Sequence record: OR424387.1
Direction: 5' to 3' (one strand)
Origin: Escherichia phage HEMP4
Length of the DNA stretch: 39,891 nucleotides
How positions within the stretch are numbered: position 1 is the stretch's first letter; each line of letters begins with the position of its first letter. The position numbers and the translations under genes are program-made. The notes under the pieces are model-generated. The model ran no database searches. It saw nothing but the letters and a program-made list of their open reading frames with translations, and was not told the origin of the DNA. Shown here piece by piece: positions 1 through 7,810 of this stretch.

Positions 1-127
1 CATGGCATTTTTCATGGTACTGATTTCCGGTGACGGTATATAAAACGGTACGATAAAAATTGAGATTTGGAAAAATGTTATCACTCAATTGGTTATGGTT
101 ATCGTAAATAATTGAGTGGGAATGATT
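1..127. repeat. Terminal direct repeat, copy 1 (identical to 39765..39891)
   Basis: First 127 nt of window match last 127 nt exactly by direct comparison; truncated by window edge so true length may be longer. Confidence 0.9.
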
Positions 128-173
128 AACAGCTAACTCATAGCAAGTCATTCCTATTCAGATGCTAATTCAA

Positions 174-204
174 CCCTCTGTTTTTACAGAGGGTTTTTGT
201 TTTT
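174..204 (+). terminator. Rho-independent terminator (CCCTCTGT-tttt-ACAGAGGG followed by T-runs)
   Basis: Perfect 8-bp stem, 4-nt loop, TTTTTgTTTTT tail; lies downstream of lysis operon in a circular map and upstream of int. Confidence 0.7.
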
Positions 205-317
205 ATGTATTCATTTCTATTCACTCTACACCATATTTTTCGGCGGTACAGGTGACGGTATTACCTTAAAGGTATACTCTCATACCGTCATGAAAATGGT
301 TTCTATACGGGTGAATT

Positions 318-1568
318 GTGCTTACCGATACAAAATTAAAAAACCTCAAGCCGCAGGACAAACTGTACAAGGTCTCCGATCGTGACGGGCTGTATGTAGC
401 TGTGCTTACGTCAGGCACGGTCTCGTTTCGCTATGACTACCGTATCAACGGTCGCCGCGAAACACTGGTAATCGGGCAGTATGGGCGTGACGGTATCAGC
501 CTGGCAGAAGCGCGAGAAGAACTGATTGCTGCAAAGAAGCTGCTTAAAGCAGGCCAGTCACCGGCTGCGGCTAAACGTGACGGTATCAAAAAGATTCGTG
601 GTGCCGAGACGTTTGCGGTACATACCGACAGTTATATGAAACACGTCATCCTGGCTGACAGTACCCGCGCAATGAAACAGGCGGTGATCGACCGTGACAT
701 ACTTCCGGTTCTTGGCAATAAAATGATGGCTGAAATTACCACATCGATGGTTCGTGATTTGTGTGACCGGATTGTCGAACGCGGTGGCCGGGCAACAGCA
801 GTGCAGGCCAGGGAGATCATCAGTAGCGTATACCGTCACGCCAATGACCGTGGTCATGGTTTGTTTAATCCTGCGGCTGACATTAAACCTTCGTCTATCG
901 CCATATTTAAACCACGAGAGCGAACACTGACACCAGAAGAAATTGGCCTGTTCTTCCGCACGCTGGATGCCATTGGTGCTATGGGCACTATGAAAATGGC
1001 TTTAAAGCTGGTGCTTATCACTATGGTTCGTAAAGGCGAATTCACTAATGCAACGTGGGACGAAATAGATTTTAAAAAATGGACATGGACAATTCCTTCA
1101 GACCGCATGAAGGGAAGCCGGGCGCACGTTATTTACCTGCCTAAACAGGCTCAGGATATATTGGTTGGGTTGCAGATGTGCGCTGGTGGAAGTGAATATC
1201 TGGTTCCTGGTCGTTACAACTTCCGGAAGCCATTATCTAATGCCGCGCTGAACTCTCTGATCGACAGAACGGTGAAAATAATAAATGAAGATGGTGAGCA
1301 TATTCAGGACTTCACCGTACACGATATGCGCCGTACAGCCAGTACGTTGTTGCATGAGGCTGGTTATCCTTCAGACTGGATTGAAAAGGCTCTGGCACAT
1401 GAGCAGAAAGGTGTGCGCGCCGTATATAACAAAGCGGAATACGCCAGACAGCGCGCCTACATGTTGCAGCAGTGGTCCGATATGATTGATTCCTGGATTA
1501 ACGGGGAGCATACGGATCTGATTCCGTTCTCCCCGTCGAAGTTTGAGAAGTGGATGGCGGGGGAATAA
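318..1568 (+). CDS. int: Tyrosine-type site-specific integrase (P4-like, N-terminal arm-binding domain)
   Basis: 416-aa ORF, GTG start; N-terminus MLTDTKLKNLKPQDKLYKVSDRDGLYV typical of P4-family integrases; C-terminal catalytic region with HDMRRTASTLLHEAGY...VRAVY consistent with R..H..R..Y tyrosine recombinase motifs. Confidence 0.9.
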   Translation: MLTDTKLKNLKPQDKLYKVSDRDGLYVAVLTSGTVSFRYDYRINGRRETLVIGQYGRDGISLAEAREELIAAKKLLKAGQSPAAAKRDGIKKIRGAETFAVHTDSYMKHVILADSTRAMKQAVIDRDILPVLGNKMMAEITTSMVRDLCDRIVERGGRATAVQAREIISSVYRHANDRGHGLFNPAADIKPSSIAIFKPRERTLTPEEIGLFFRTLDAIGAMGTMKMALKLVLITMVRKGEFTNATWDEIDFKKWTWTIPSDRMKGSRAHVIYLPKQAQDILVGLQMCAGGSEYLVPGRYNFRKPLSNAALNSLIDRTVKIINEDGEHIQDFTVHDMRRTASTLLHEAGYPSDWIEKALAHEQKGVRAVYNKAEYARQRAYMLQQWSDMIDSWINGEHTDLIPFSPSKFEKWMAGE

Positions 1569-1577
1569 TTTTGCCCG

Positions 1578-1842
1578 GCACATCCCTGTGCCGCCGCCGT
1601 CAGAAGAATCCTGCCTTGTCGTTGATGTACTCCGCGTGGGTCTGGATATCACGCAGGCATTTGCTCACACCGACGATGTAGCAGAACATGGTGGTCAGCT
1701 CCGCCGCCGCGCCCGATACGTCGTGCCCGTCTTCCTGTAACTGGTTCAGCAGATTCATCAGCAGTGAGTTCTCCGTCAGGCCGAGAACACCAGACGGAGA
1801 ATGAATCAGACTGCGGTAGCCGGGCTTCAGTGGGGCGCTGTA
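1578..1842. repeat. Internal direct repeat copy A (about 265 bp, about 96 percent identical to 33780..34045)
   Basis: Direct alignment by eye; covers 3-prime coding end and 3-prime UTR hairpin (GGCACA-nnnn-TGTGCC) of antirepressor-like gene. Confidence 0.85.
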
Positions 1843-2256
1843 TTCTTTTTTGTCTTCCAGCTTGATCGCCTCCATAATGGCGGGCATGAAGCCTGACAAG
1901 ACCTTCTCCACTTTTGTTTCTTGTTGTCTTAAACGTTTCTCGCATTCAATGAAGTAGCGTCGTACCTGACGACCTTTTTCGTTACGCTCGACCATTGCTA
2001 GTTCTTTGGCTGTATCGAGGGTGAGGTGGTACTCTTTGCGGTTGTGGCCGCCTCTACCAGATGTTTGCTTTCCCAAATTGGAAAGCAAAATATAGTCTTG
2101 ATTTTCAATGAATTCGTATTCTGAAATGCGATTTGTAATCCATGCTGCAAACACCTTTTTAACACCTAAAAAAGCGTGCAGATCGCGGGCATTGCAAAGT
2201 AGGGCTGTTTCGTTAGATATAGTGCCGTTGAATACGGGGATGAGTTGACTGGTCAT
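1600..2256 (-). CDS. Antirepressor-like protein, AntA-type N-terminal domain plus shared C-terminal domain
   Basis: ORF track 1600..2286; ATG at 2256 preceded by AGGAGG SD; N-terminal [12 protein letters not shown]...[14 protein letters not shown] resembles AntA/AntB antirepressor domain; C-terminal 80 aa identical to C-terminus of 33803..34513 and homologous to 34829..35086. Confidence 0.6.
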   Translation of the reverse strand: MTSQLIPVFNGTISNETALLCNARDLHAFLGVKKVFAAWITNRISEYEFIENQDYILLSNLGKQTSGRGGHNRKEYHLTLDTAKELAMVERNEKGRQVRRYFIECEKRLRQQETKVEKVLSGFMPAIMEAIKLEDKKEYSAPLKPGYRSLIHSPSGVLGLTENSLLMNLLNQLQEDGHDVSGAAAELTTMFCYIVGVSKCLRDIQTHAEYINDKAGFF

Positions 2257-2580
2257 GATGACCTCCTTTGAAGTTTTAGTTAGCAATCACCAGTTAGTAG
2301 CTGGTGATCGGGTGTCAACTAGAGCCTTCAAAGACGCTCCGGGCATATTCCCCTTTTGGGTATTGTATTACGCCTCTCCACCCGACCTTTGTACGGATGT
2401 GACTATGCCAAATTGCAGGCATAAAAAAGCCGCAAAGCTATCGGGTGCGGGTGACCGCTTTGAAGTTCTAGTGCGGTCAGTATGCGATAGCTCTGGCGGC
2501 ATTGTCAAATCATGCGCCACTGAGTCCAGCAATCTCTGCAATACCAATAGCGAGATAATCGCGATTCGTCAGGCGTGATT

Positions 2581-2829
2581 TTATTGCATATGTCTTAGCT
2601 CCACTGAAGTTGTGATTTTATATGGGTTGCCTTTTACCTCAATAACACGATGAGGATCATTTTTTAGCTCTTCCGTAATCTTCCGTAATCTTCTAACAGC
2701 TGAACTTCGGTGTTTATAACGGTAAGTTACAGTTTCTTTTCTCTGCAATACCTCATCATTGCGGTACTTAGTCAAAACCATGACGACTTCAAACCTGACG
2801 CCGTTGTGTGCAACCATAATCTGCTTCAT
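2581..2829 (-). CDS. Hypothetical protein (82 aa)
   Basis: ORF in operon context; internal ATG start overlaps stop of upstream methylase gene (translational coupling); contains 10-bp tandem repeat 2671..2690. Confidence 0.4.
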   Translation of the reverse strand: MKQIMVAHNGVRFEVVMVLTKYRNDEVLQRKETVTYRYKHRSSAVRRLRKITEELKNDPHRVIEVKGNPYKITTSVELRHMQ

Positions 2830-3476
2830 GCTGCACGCTCCCGCCCCTGGTTGTCTGTTGGTGACACCGGAGCATTGCTGAATGCATTTGTTAATCCGCC
2901 AATATCCAACGCGTATCCAGGGTGTAGTTGCACTGCCGGGTCTTCGCACTGATTACCCCAAACATCGAAGCCATGAGACGTCTGGCGGGCGAACAGTTCA
3001 ATGCGAGAAACATCGCCTAACAATTGCACAAGTTTTTCACGAACGACATCTGGTTTTCTTGAATGCTCAAGCCGCGGTGCGGTAAATGACTGAACGATCC
3101 CTGCATTAATGCGTGGAGGTAGTTTTCCCTTTACTGCAAACAGGCAATCTTCACTATTGGCGCGAGTCATGTGTCCCATACCCATAACCAGTTTATCTGG
3201 TTGTCGACTACCACATTTTATCCACGTGAAGCCCTTCATGGTCATCAGACGGAATCCCCAGGCTTCAACAACTTTTAGCGCTTCGAGTGGTTGTGTTGGC
3301 ACCCACCACATGGCCAACAGACAGTTTTCATCGGCCAAATCCCACACAGGAAGGCGGCAGATATCCATCACACTCATAACCGGATATTTAAAACTGGCAC
3401 CGCGATTACCATCTGCGGCTTTGTCCCGGTATACCCAGGGTGGATCTGCATAGATTAGTGTGTATTTCTTAGTCAT
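2826..3476 (-). CDS. DNA N6-adenine methyltransferase, MT-A70-like
   Basis: Protein begins MTKKYTLIYADPPW with DPPW catalytic motif typical of MT-A70/N6-adenine MTases; no adjacent restriction endonuclease gene recognised. Confidence 0.8.
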   Translation of the reverse strand: MTKKYTLIYADPPWVYRDKAADGNRGASFKYPVMSVMDICRLPVWDLADENCLLAMWWVPTQPLEALKVVEAWGFRLMTMKGFTWIKCGSRQPDKLVMGMGHMTRANSEDCLFAVKGKLPPRINAGIVQSFTAPRLEHSRKPDVVREKLVQLLGDVSRIELFARQTSHGFDVWGNQCEDPAVQLHPGYALDIGGLTNAFSNAPVSPTDNQGRERAA

Positions 3477-3768
3477 AAACCACCCCACAACATCCTATGC
3501 CGCTATAGTCGCCACGGCGAAGGCCGTTACCTTTTGTGATACATTGGTCCCTGCGAACCGCGATCCTTGCACGCTCAACATCACCAGAAGCAACATCCAT
3601 ACACTGAAGCCAAAGGTGGGCGGCAATGCGGAACTGCCCTTTTTTCTCTCTTTCAATCGCGCGTTTTTCGATCTCTATTGCCGCAGGAGTAACGGCAACA
3701 ACCTTTGAAGGGCTGCGCATTGAAACCTTGTTCATGTGATATTTTTCAAGTCGGCTTAACTTTCTCAC
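3469..3768 (-). CDS. Hypothetical protein (99 aa)
   Basis: ORF in leftward operon, overlaps methylase start by 8 nt; GTG start with GAGGG upstream. Confidence 0.4.
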   Translation of the reverse strand: MRKLSRLEKYHMNKVSMRSPSKVVAVTPAAIEIEKRAIEREKKGQFRIAAHLWLQCMDVASGDVERARIAVRRDQCITKGNGLRRGDYSGIGCCGVVYD

Positions 3769-3877
3769 TTAATCCAACCCTCTCTGAAAATTAATGCCAG
3801 CAGATAAAGCCATGCTGAAACAGAGGCCAGGAATAAGTACCATCCTGACCATTTGCTCCAGTGCCTTAGCAGCACAC

Positions 3878-4126
3878 TCATGCAGCGTTGCTCACAGGAC
3901 GATATACACGTTGCTGAACAGGAGGCTTTTTACCCTGGAACTCTGCCGGGCTTGCTGCCTGACGTTCATCAAGCCAACGCTCAACTTCATCACGGTTCCA
4001 TGCGCAGCGTTTATCGGTGATATACCAGCGTTTAGGAAATTCCCCTGCGCGCTCCATACGGTCGATAGTGCTCCATGACAGTGGCACCACCGCCAGGAGT
4101 TCCTTCTTACCTAATGCACCTTTCAT
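3878..4126 (-). CDS. AlpA-family DNA-binding protein / putative excisionase
   Basis: 82 aa; KKELLAVVPLSWSTIDRMERAGEFPKRWYIT...WNRDEVERWL matches AlpA/Xis-like HTH pattern; GAGG SD 6 nt upstream of ATG. Confidence 0.7.
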   Translation of the reverse strand: MKGALGKKELLAVVPLSWSTIDRMERAGEFPKRWYITDKRCAWNRDEVERWLDERQAASPAEFQGKKPPVQQRVYRPVSNAA

Positions 4127-4175
4127 AAATACCTCTCTTGGTTGCAGTGCGGCGCGCGTGGCGCCGCGGTGGTGG

Positions 4176-5057
4176 TTACATAGATGTTTCGTTTAATTCT
4201 TCCCGACGAACGCTGTAAACGTCGGTGGCTTTTGCCAGCAGTTCGTCATCATCTGAAAGTTTTTGTGCAATGTATTTGTAAGCCTTATCCAGTTCGGAGA
4301 CAGTGCTGTAATTCATCGCTGCGCTGGTAAAGGCCATCAGCATTTCTTCTGGCTCACGGCTATCCGCTTTACGCGTTTGCTCATCAGGCTTTTTCACTGA
4401 TTTAGCGTTGATCAGACTGTTCATTCCCGCAGCCGTAGTCATTTGCGGAGTAATGTCTCGCTCAACGCGCGGTGCCGTTTCCTGTAATTCGTCAGGGGTG
4501 TAAACACCGAGAAGTACATCAGGAGCGTGCAGGCGAGCCCATCGTTTCGTGCAAAGATAGGCAAGTTGCTGGCGCGGATCCTGTTCCCACAATGGAGAGT
4601 TACGCACTCCTGCTTGCGCCATACTGATGGTAAGCTCACGTGGTTCTGCTTCTCCTTTAAGAACTGCTGACACAGTTACCGTCAGATTCGGTGATTTATC
4701 TGTTTTGCCGTTAACATTCGACCAGTCACCGCTCCAGCGATAATTCAGGCGTGTCGCCAGCAGGCTGGAAGAGGATACGACCGCGTTTACCAACTGTGCT
4801 TCGTAGCCTAACGTTCCGTTTACCACATGCGTTTTCTGCGCCACGGCGAAAGGGTTCATTCCCCACTGTGCCGCCTGCATGGTCACCGCCAGGCAATCGG
4901 CAGGTTTGCCTTCAAGATGTTTCGGTACAGTCGCTTTGCTTTGTGACATCAACTCCGCGAAACGCACCAGTTGATTCATGCCCTCGGGGCTGAAGATTGC
5001 CGCAGCAGTGCCTACAGTTGCGCCTGGTTGTGATGTGATTGCGATATCATTGCTCAT
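4176..5057 (-). CDS. RecT/Red-beta family single-strand annealing protein
   Basis: 293 aa; segment PLWEQDPRQQLAYLCTKRWARLHAPDVLLGVYTPDE resembles conserved region of lambda Bet; directly downstream of and overlapping exonuclease gene. Confidence 0.6.
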   Translation of the reverse strand: MSNDIAITSQPGATVGTAAAIFSPEGMNQLVRFAELMSQSKATVPKHLEGKPADCLAVTMQAAQWGMNPFAVAQKTHVVNGTLGYEAQLVNAVVSSSSLLATRLNYRWSGDWSNVNGKTDKSPNLTVTVSAVLKGEAEPRELTISMAQAGVRNSPLWEQDPRQQLAYLCTKRWARLHAPDVLLGVYTPDELQETAPRVERDITPQMTTAAGMNSLINAKSVKKPDEQTRKADSREPEEMLMAFTSAAMNYSTVSELDKAYKYIAQKLSDDDELLAKATDVYSVRREELNETSM

Positions 5058-5875
5058 ACGTACATATCCTGTTTACGTGCCCAGTCAGGGCGTTTAATAA
5101 TTTCCACTCCGCCCCATTCATCGTTGATGCGGCATTCGTGATAGGTATTCAGATCCCGGCGGAACAGAGCGTGCCCGGCATCGACATCCGGCGCATCCAG
5201 CTCGAACACGCGTACCGGATACCGACCACAATCAATGCTTTCGCTCACGGCAAGAAAGAAAAAACCATGTGGCTGACCAGTAACCCTCATTGCGCCTTCG
5301 CGGTACATTGCGTCCTGCACGTGGTAGCGGAACTCCTCGATGTGGCGTGCAAAACGGTCCATATCTGTAACCTTTTTCACGTCGACGATCACGTTGTGCT
5401 CTTTCAGCCATTTGTCTGGACGAATGCGGCACAACTCACCAGTCTCTTCATCGTTCCAGTACATTGATGCTTCGCAGTAACCAGGTGCTTCCAGCATCCA
5501 GCGTGCCGCCGGGTGAGCCATTGCGCTATCACGCATCAGCTCCAGTTTCCGCCACTGCTCGGCATCAAGTACCGTAATCCCCATATCCGCCACATCACGA
5601 AGAAATGCCTCTTCGTCAGCTTTACCTTGTTTCGTCCGACGATCGAATTTCGGCGAAACAATGAAGCGTTTGTCGAACTCTCCAGGCTCCAGAAGCAGAT
5701 AGTGCAATGCGGTTCCCATATCCAGTGCAGACTTTTTCTCTTCGTCTTCTGGTGCTGCCTGAACCCATTTAAGAAGCGCCGGATTCTTGGCAACCATGTC
5801 CAGTTGCGACTTACTCACGCCGTCCCCGGCGTGGTAGTCTTCGTTGCTGATGTCGAAATAAATTCCCGGCTTCAT
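5054..5875 (-). CDS. RecE-like exonuclease (PD-(D/E)XK, exodeoxyribonuclease VIII type)
   Basis: 273 aa starting MKPGIYFDISNEDYHAGDGVSKSQLD, characteristic of phage exonuclease VIII-like proteins; paired with annealing protein. Confidence 0.75.
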   Translation of the reverse strand: MKPGIYFDISNEDYHAGDGVSKSQLDMVAKNPALLKWVQAAPEDEEKKSALDMGTALHYLLLEPGEFDKRFIVSPKFDRRTKQGKADEEAFLRDVADMGITVLDAEQWRKLELMRDSAMAHPAARWMLEAPGYCEASMYWNDEETGELCRIRPDKWLKEHNVIVDVKKVTDMDRFARHIEEFRYHVQDAMYREGAMRVTGQPHGFFFLAVSESIDCGRYPVRVFELDAPDVDAGHALFRRDLNTYHECRINDEWGGVEIIKRPDWARKQDMYV

Positions 5876-6171
5876 GCCGCGTCCCTCTGCCCATCAAGCT
5901 GATCAGCCAGATCCCAGCGGGCGATAATTGCCATTGCCTCGCGCCGGTAGGAATCCATCAGTTCTTCGAACTCAGGGCTGTCTTTAGCTGCTTCCAGCAC
6001 TTCCTGGCGAACTCCTTTGCCTGTTACAACGTCGAAAGTTGAGGCCAGTTGATGAAGCCGGATGCTCTCAATCAGTTCAACTTGTCGGTCATATAGCTGT
6101 TCTGACAGGCGGTAGTCCTTGTCGAATGCCAGCATGATTTTTTGAAGATTTTTCTGCTGATTAACGTTCAT
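5872..6171 (-). CDS. Hypothetical early protein (99 aa)
   Basis: ORF 5872..6186 with internal ATG at 6171 (MNVNQQ...); overlaps exonuclease start. Confidence 0.5.
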   Translation of the reverse strand: MNVNQQKNLQKIMLAFDKDYRLSEQLYDRQVELIESIRLHQLASTFDVVTGKGVRQEVLEAAKDSPEFEELMDSYRREAMAIIARWDLADQLDGQRDAA

Positions 6172-6173
6172 TA

Positions 6174-6326
6174 TCAGCCCTCCCATATCTCGTTATCGTT
6201 GGCCACATCGCGAGCTTCTTTGCTGACGAAAGCCCACTTAATACCTTCCTGTAAGGTGCGGAACTTCCAGCTCATGAATCCGCATGCAGTAACGCAGTAC
6301 CAACCGTTGATGATTTTCCACTGCAT
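6174..6326 (-). CDS. Small hypothetical protein (50 aa), first gene of leftward operon
   Basis: Hand-translated MQWKIINGWYCVTACGFMSWKFRTLQEGIKWAFVSKEARDVANDNEIWEG; GAGG SD upstream; below ORF-track length cutoff. Confidence 0.3.
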   Translation of the reverse strand: MQWKIINGWYCVTACGFMSWKFRTLQEGIKWAFVSKEARDVANDNEIWEG

Positions 6327-6345
6327 AACTTGTTACCTCGGTTTG

Positions 6346-6360
6346 TTACCGTTGAGGTAA
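6346..6360. promoter_or_regulatory. Operator-like palindrome TTACC-N5-GGTAA (left operator region, site 1)
   Basis: ttaccgttgaggtaa, perfect inverted repeat, intergenic upstream of leftward operon. Confidence 0.55.
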
Positions 6361-6407
6361 TGATTATGCGTATTTGGTTTGGTGTCAATAGATATGAGTT
6401 AAAAAAA

Positions 6408-6422
6408 TTACCCACAAGGTAA
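6408..6422. promoter_or_regulatory. Operator-like palindrome TTACC-N5-GGTAA (left operator region, site 2)
   Basis: ttacccacaaggtaa, perfect; 62 bp from site 1. Confidence 0.55.
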
Positions 6423-6479
6423 TCTTGCTGGCAATAAAAAAGCCGCCATGAGGCGGCTTACTTGCTGAAAACTATAGTT

Positions 6480-7064
6480 TTATTGTTTGCTTTTTTCGTT
6501 CTGGTTGATGACAAATTCAATGTAACTTTCGATCTTTGCTTTCTCGGTTTCGGGTAACAATGCGTAGCGCGAGCGGTCATAGTTGATAGTCGCAGGGTCG
6601 TGCGGGTGAATCAGTAATTCATAGCCGTGACGCCCGAATGCGGATGCAACATTCTCCAGGGTGGAAATGGAAACGCTGACCTCATTGTTTAACAGGCGGC
6701 TGATTGTCACCTGGGCGACGCCGGATGCGCGGTGAAGTTTTCCCTGTGTTGAAAGGTCGCGGCTTTCGCTCATCCAGCGTTCCAGGTTGTGAGCCGCCAG
6801 CTGACCAATGTCGCTTGGGCCGACAGGCTGAAAACCTTCCTGAGAAAGCGAGCGATCGATATCAAGCCAGTTACGGGGTTTATTGGCGGCAGCTTCAATT
6901 TTTCGCGCAACCTGGTCGCCGATAACCTTCTTACCAAGAGCCCAGCGGTTTACCAGATTTGCCTGAGTTCCAAGTTTTTCTGCCATCCGCGTCTGAACAC
7001 CATTGAATTCACGGTCGATCAAGTCGTTGAGATTTTGCCTGCGGACGTCCTGGATACTTTTCAT
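6480..7064 (-). CDS. Putative prophage repressor (HTH, no recognisable S24 peptidase domain)
   Basis: 194 aa, divergent from Cro-like gene with operator cluster between; N-terminal HTH-like segment TRMAEKLGTQANLVNRWALGKK; no Ala-Gly/Ser-Lys autocleavage module seen; no SD upstream of ATG. Confidence 0.55.
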   Translation of the reverse strand: MKSIQDVRRQNLNDLIDREFNGVQTRMAEKLGTQANLVNRWALGKKVIGDQVARKIEAAANKPRNWLDIDRSLSQEGFQPVGPSDIGQLAAHNLERWMSESRDLSTQGKLHRASGVAQVTISRLLNNEVSVSISTLENVASAFGRHGYELLIHPHDPATINYDRSRYALLPETEKAKIESYIEFVINQNEKSKQ

Positions 7065-7119
7065 TTTCTGGAAAATCGCCTCATATATGAATCAGTAGAT
7101 GATTCAATTTAAAGCAATA

Positions 7120-7182
7120 TTACCCAACAGGTAAATGCACCCCATAGGTAACTATCCTTGATTTTTGTTACCTTATGGGTGA
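7120..7182. promoter_or_regulatory. Right operator cluster: three TTACC-N5-GGTAA-type sites (7120..7134 perfect, 7137..7151 8/10, 7168..7182 9/10)
   Basis: ttacccaacaggtaa, gcaccccataggtaa, ttaccttatgggtga within the 154-bp divergent intergenic region. Confidence 0.6.
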
Positions 7183-7218
7183 ATATTTATTATCTGAAAT
7201 AAATATCAGGCAATAGCT

Positions 7219-7449
7219 ATGAGCGATAACGGACATTTCGATTTCAAAAAGCACTGGCTTGCACTTACTCCGGATGAGCGTGAAGCCTTCGCACAGGAAG
7301 CCGGAACGACGAGTCACTATATACAGACTCACTTAACAGGTAAGCGCAAAATGCCAGGTAAGGTATTGATGAATGGGCTTTTTAAAGCCTGTAAAACAAG
7401 ACAATGGCTGCGCTCAAAAGCAGAACTGGCATACTTCTTCTACTCATGA
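7219..7449 (+). CDS. Cro-like / YdaS-type HTH regulator
   Basis: 76 aa, divergent from repressor; LTPDEREAFAQEAGTTSHYIQTHL HTH-like segment. Confidence 0.6.
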   Translation: MSDNGHFDFKKHWLALTPDEREAFAQEAGTTSHYIQTHLTGKRKMPGKVLMNGLFKACKTRQWLRSKAELAYFFYS

Positions 7450-7472
7450 TATCCAGCCACAACCCTCTGTAG

Positions 7473-7494
7473 ACCGCCACCCGGCGGTCTTTTC
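7473..7494 (+). terminator. Rho-independent terminator after cro-like gene
   Basis: GACCGCC-accc-GGCGGTC followed by TTTT. Confidence 0.65.
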
Positions 7495-7597
7495 ATATCT
7501 ATTCGTACCTCAAAGGTAATAAAAAACCAAATCTGGTTGATCAAATTTTCCAATTGTGCAAAATAGCCAATATCAATAACAAAAAGGGGCGGAAAAA

Positions 7598-7810
7598 TTG
7601 AAGATAGTAACCAGAATGGAGGCCGCAAAAGCCGGGTTAAATCGCTATTTCACAGGAAAGCGGTGCCGTCACGGCCATCTCTCTGAAAGGTATGTTCTGA
7701 ACGGAACATGTGTTGAATGTGCAATGAATAGCGCCAACCGCTATCGTAATGAATTTGCTTGTGCACTAAAGAGTGCAAGAGGGGAAACCTATGGCAAGCA
7801 GCTGGATTAA
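7598..7810 (+). CDS. Small Cys/His-rich protein, possible zinc-binding regulator
   Basis: 70 aa, TTG start with AGGGGCGG upstream; CRHGH...CVEC motif; function not recognised. Confidence 0.4.
   Translation: MKIVTRMEAAKAGLNRYFTGKRCRHGHLSERYVLNGTCVECAMNSANRYRNEFACALKSARGETYGKQLD

Noticed and set aside
197-385. 62-aa plus-strand ORF
   Set aside because: Overlaps the terminator hairpin and the integrase start region; no RBS; likely spurious.
2255-2578. 107-aa plus-strand ORF in the leader upstream of the AntA-type gene
   Set aside because: Opposite strand to the operon, no SD, lies in a region better explained as structured leader/terminator.
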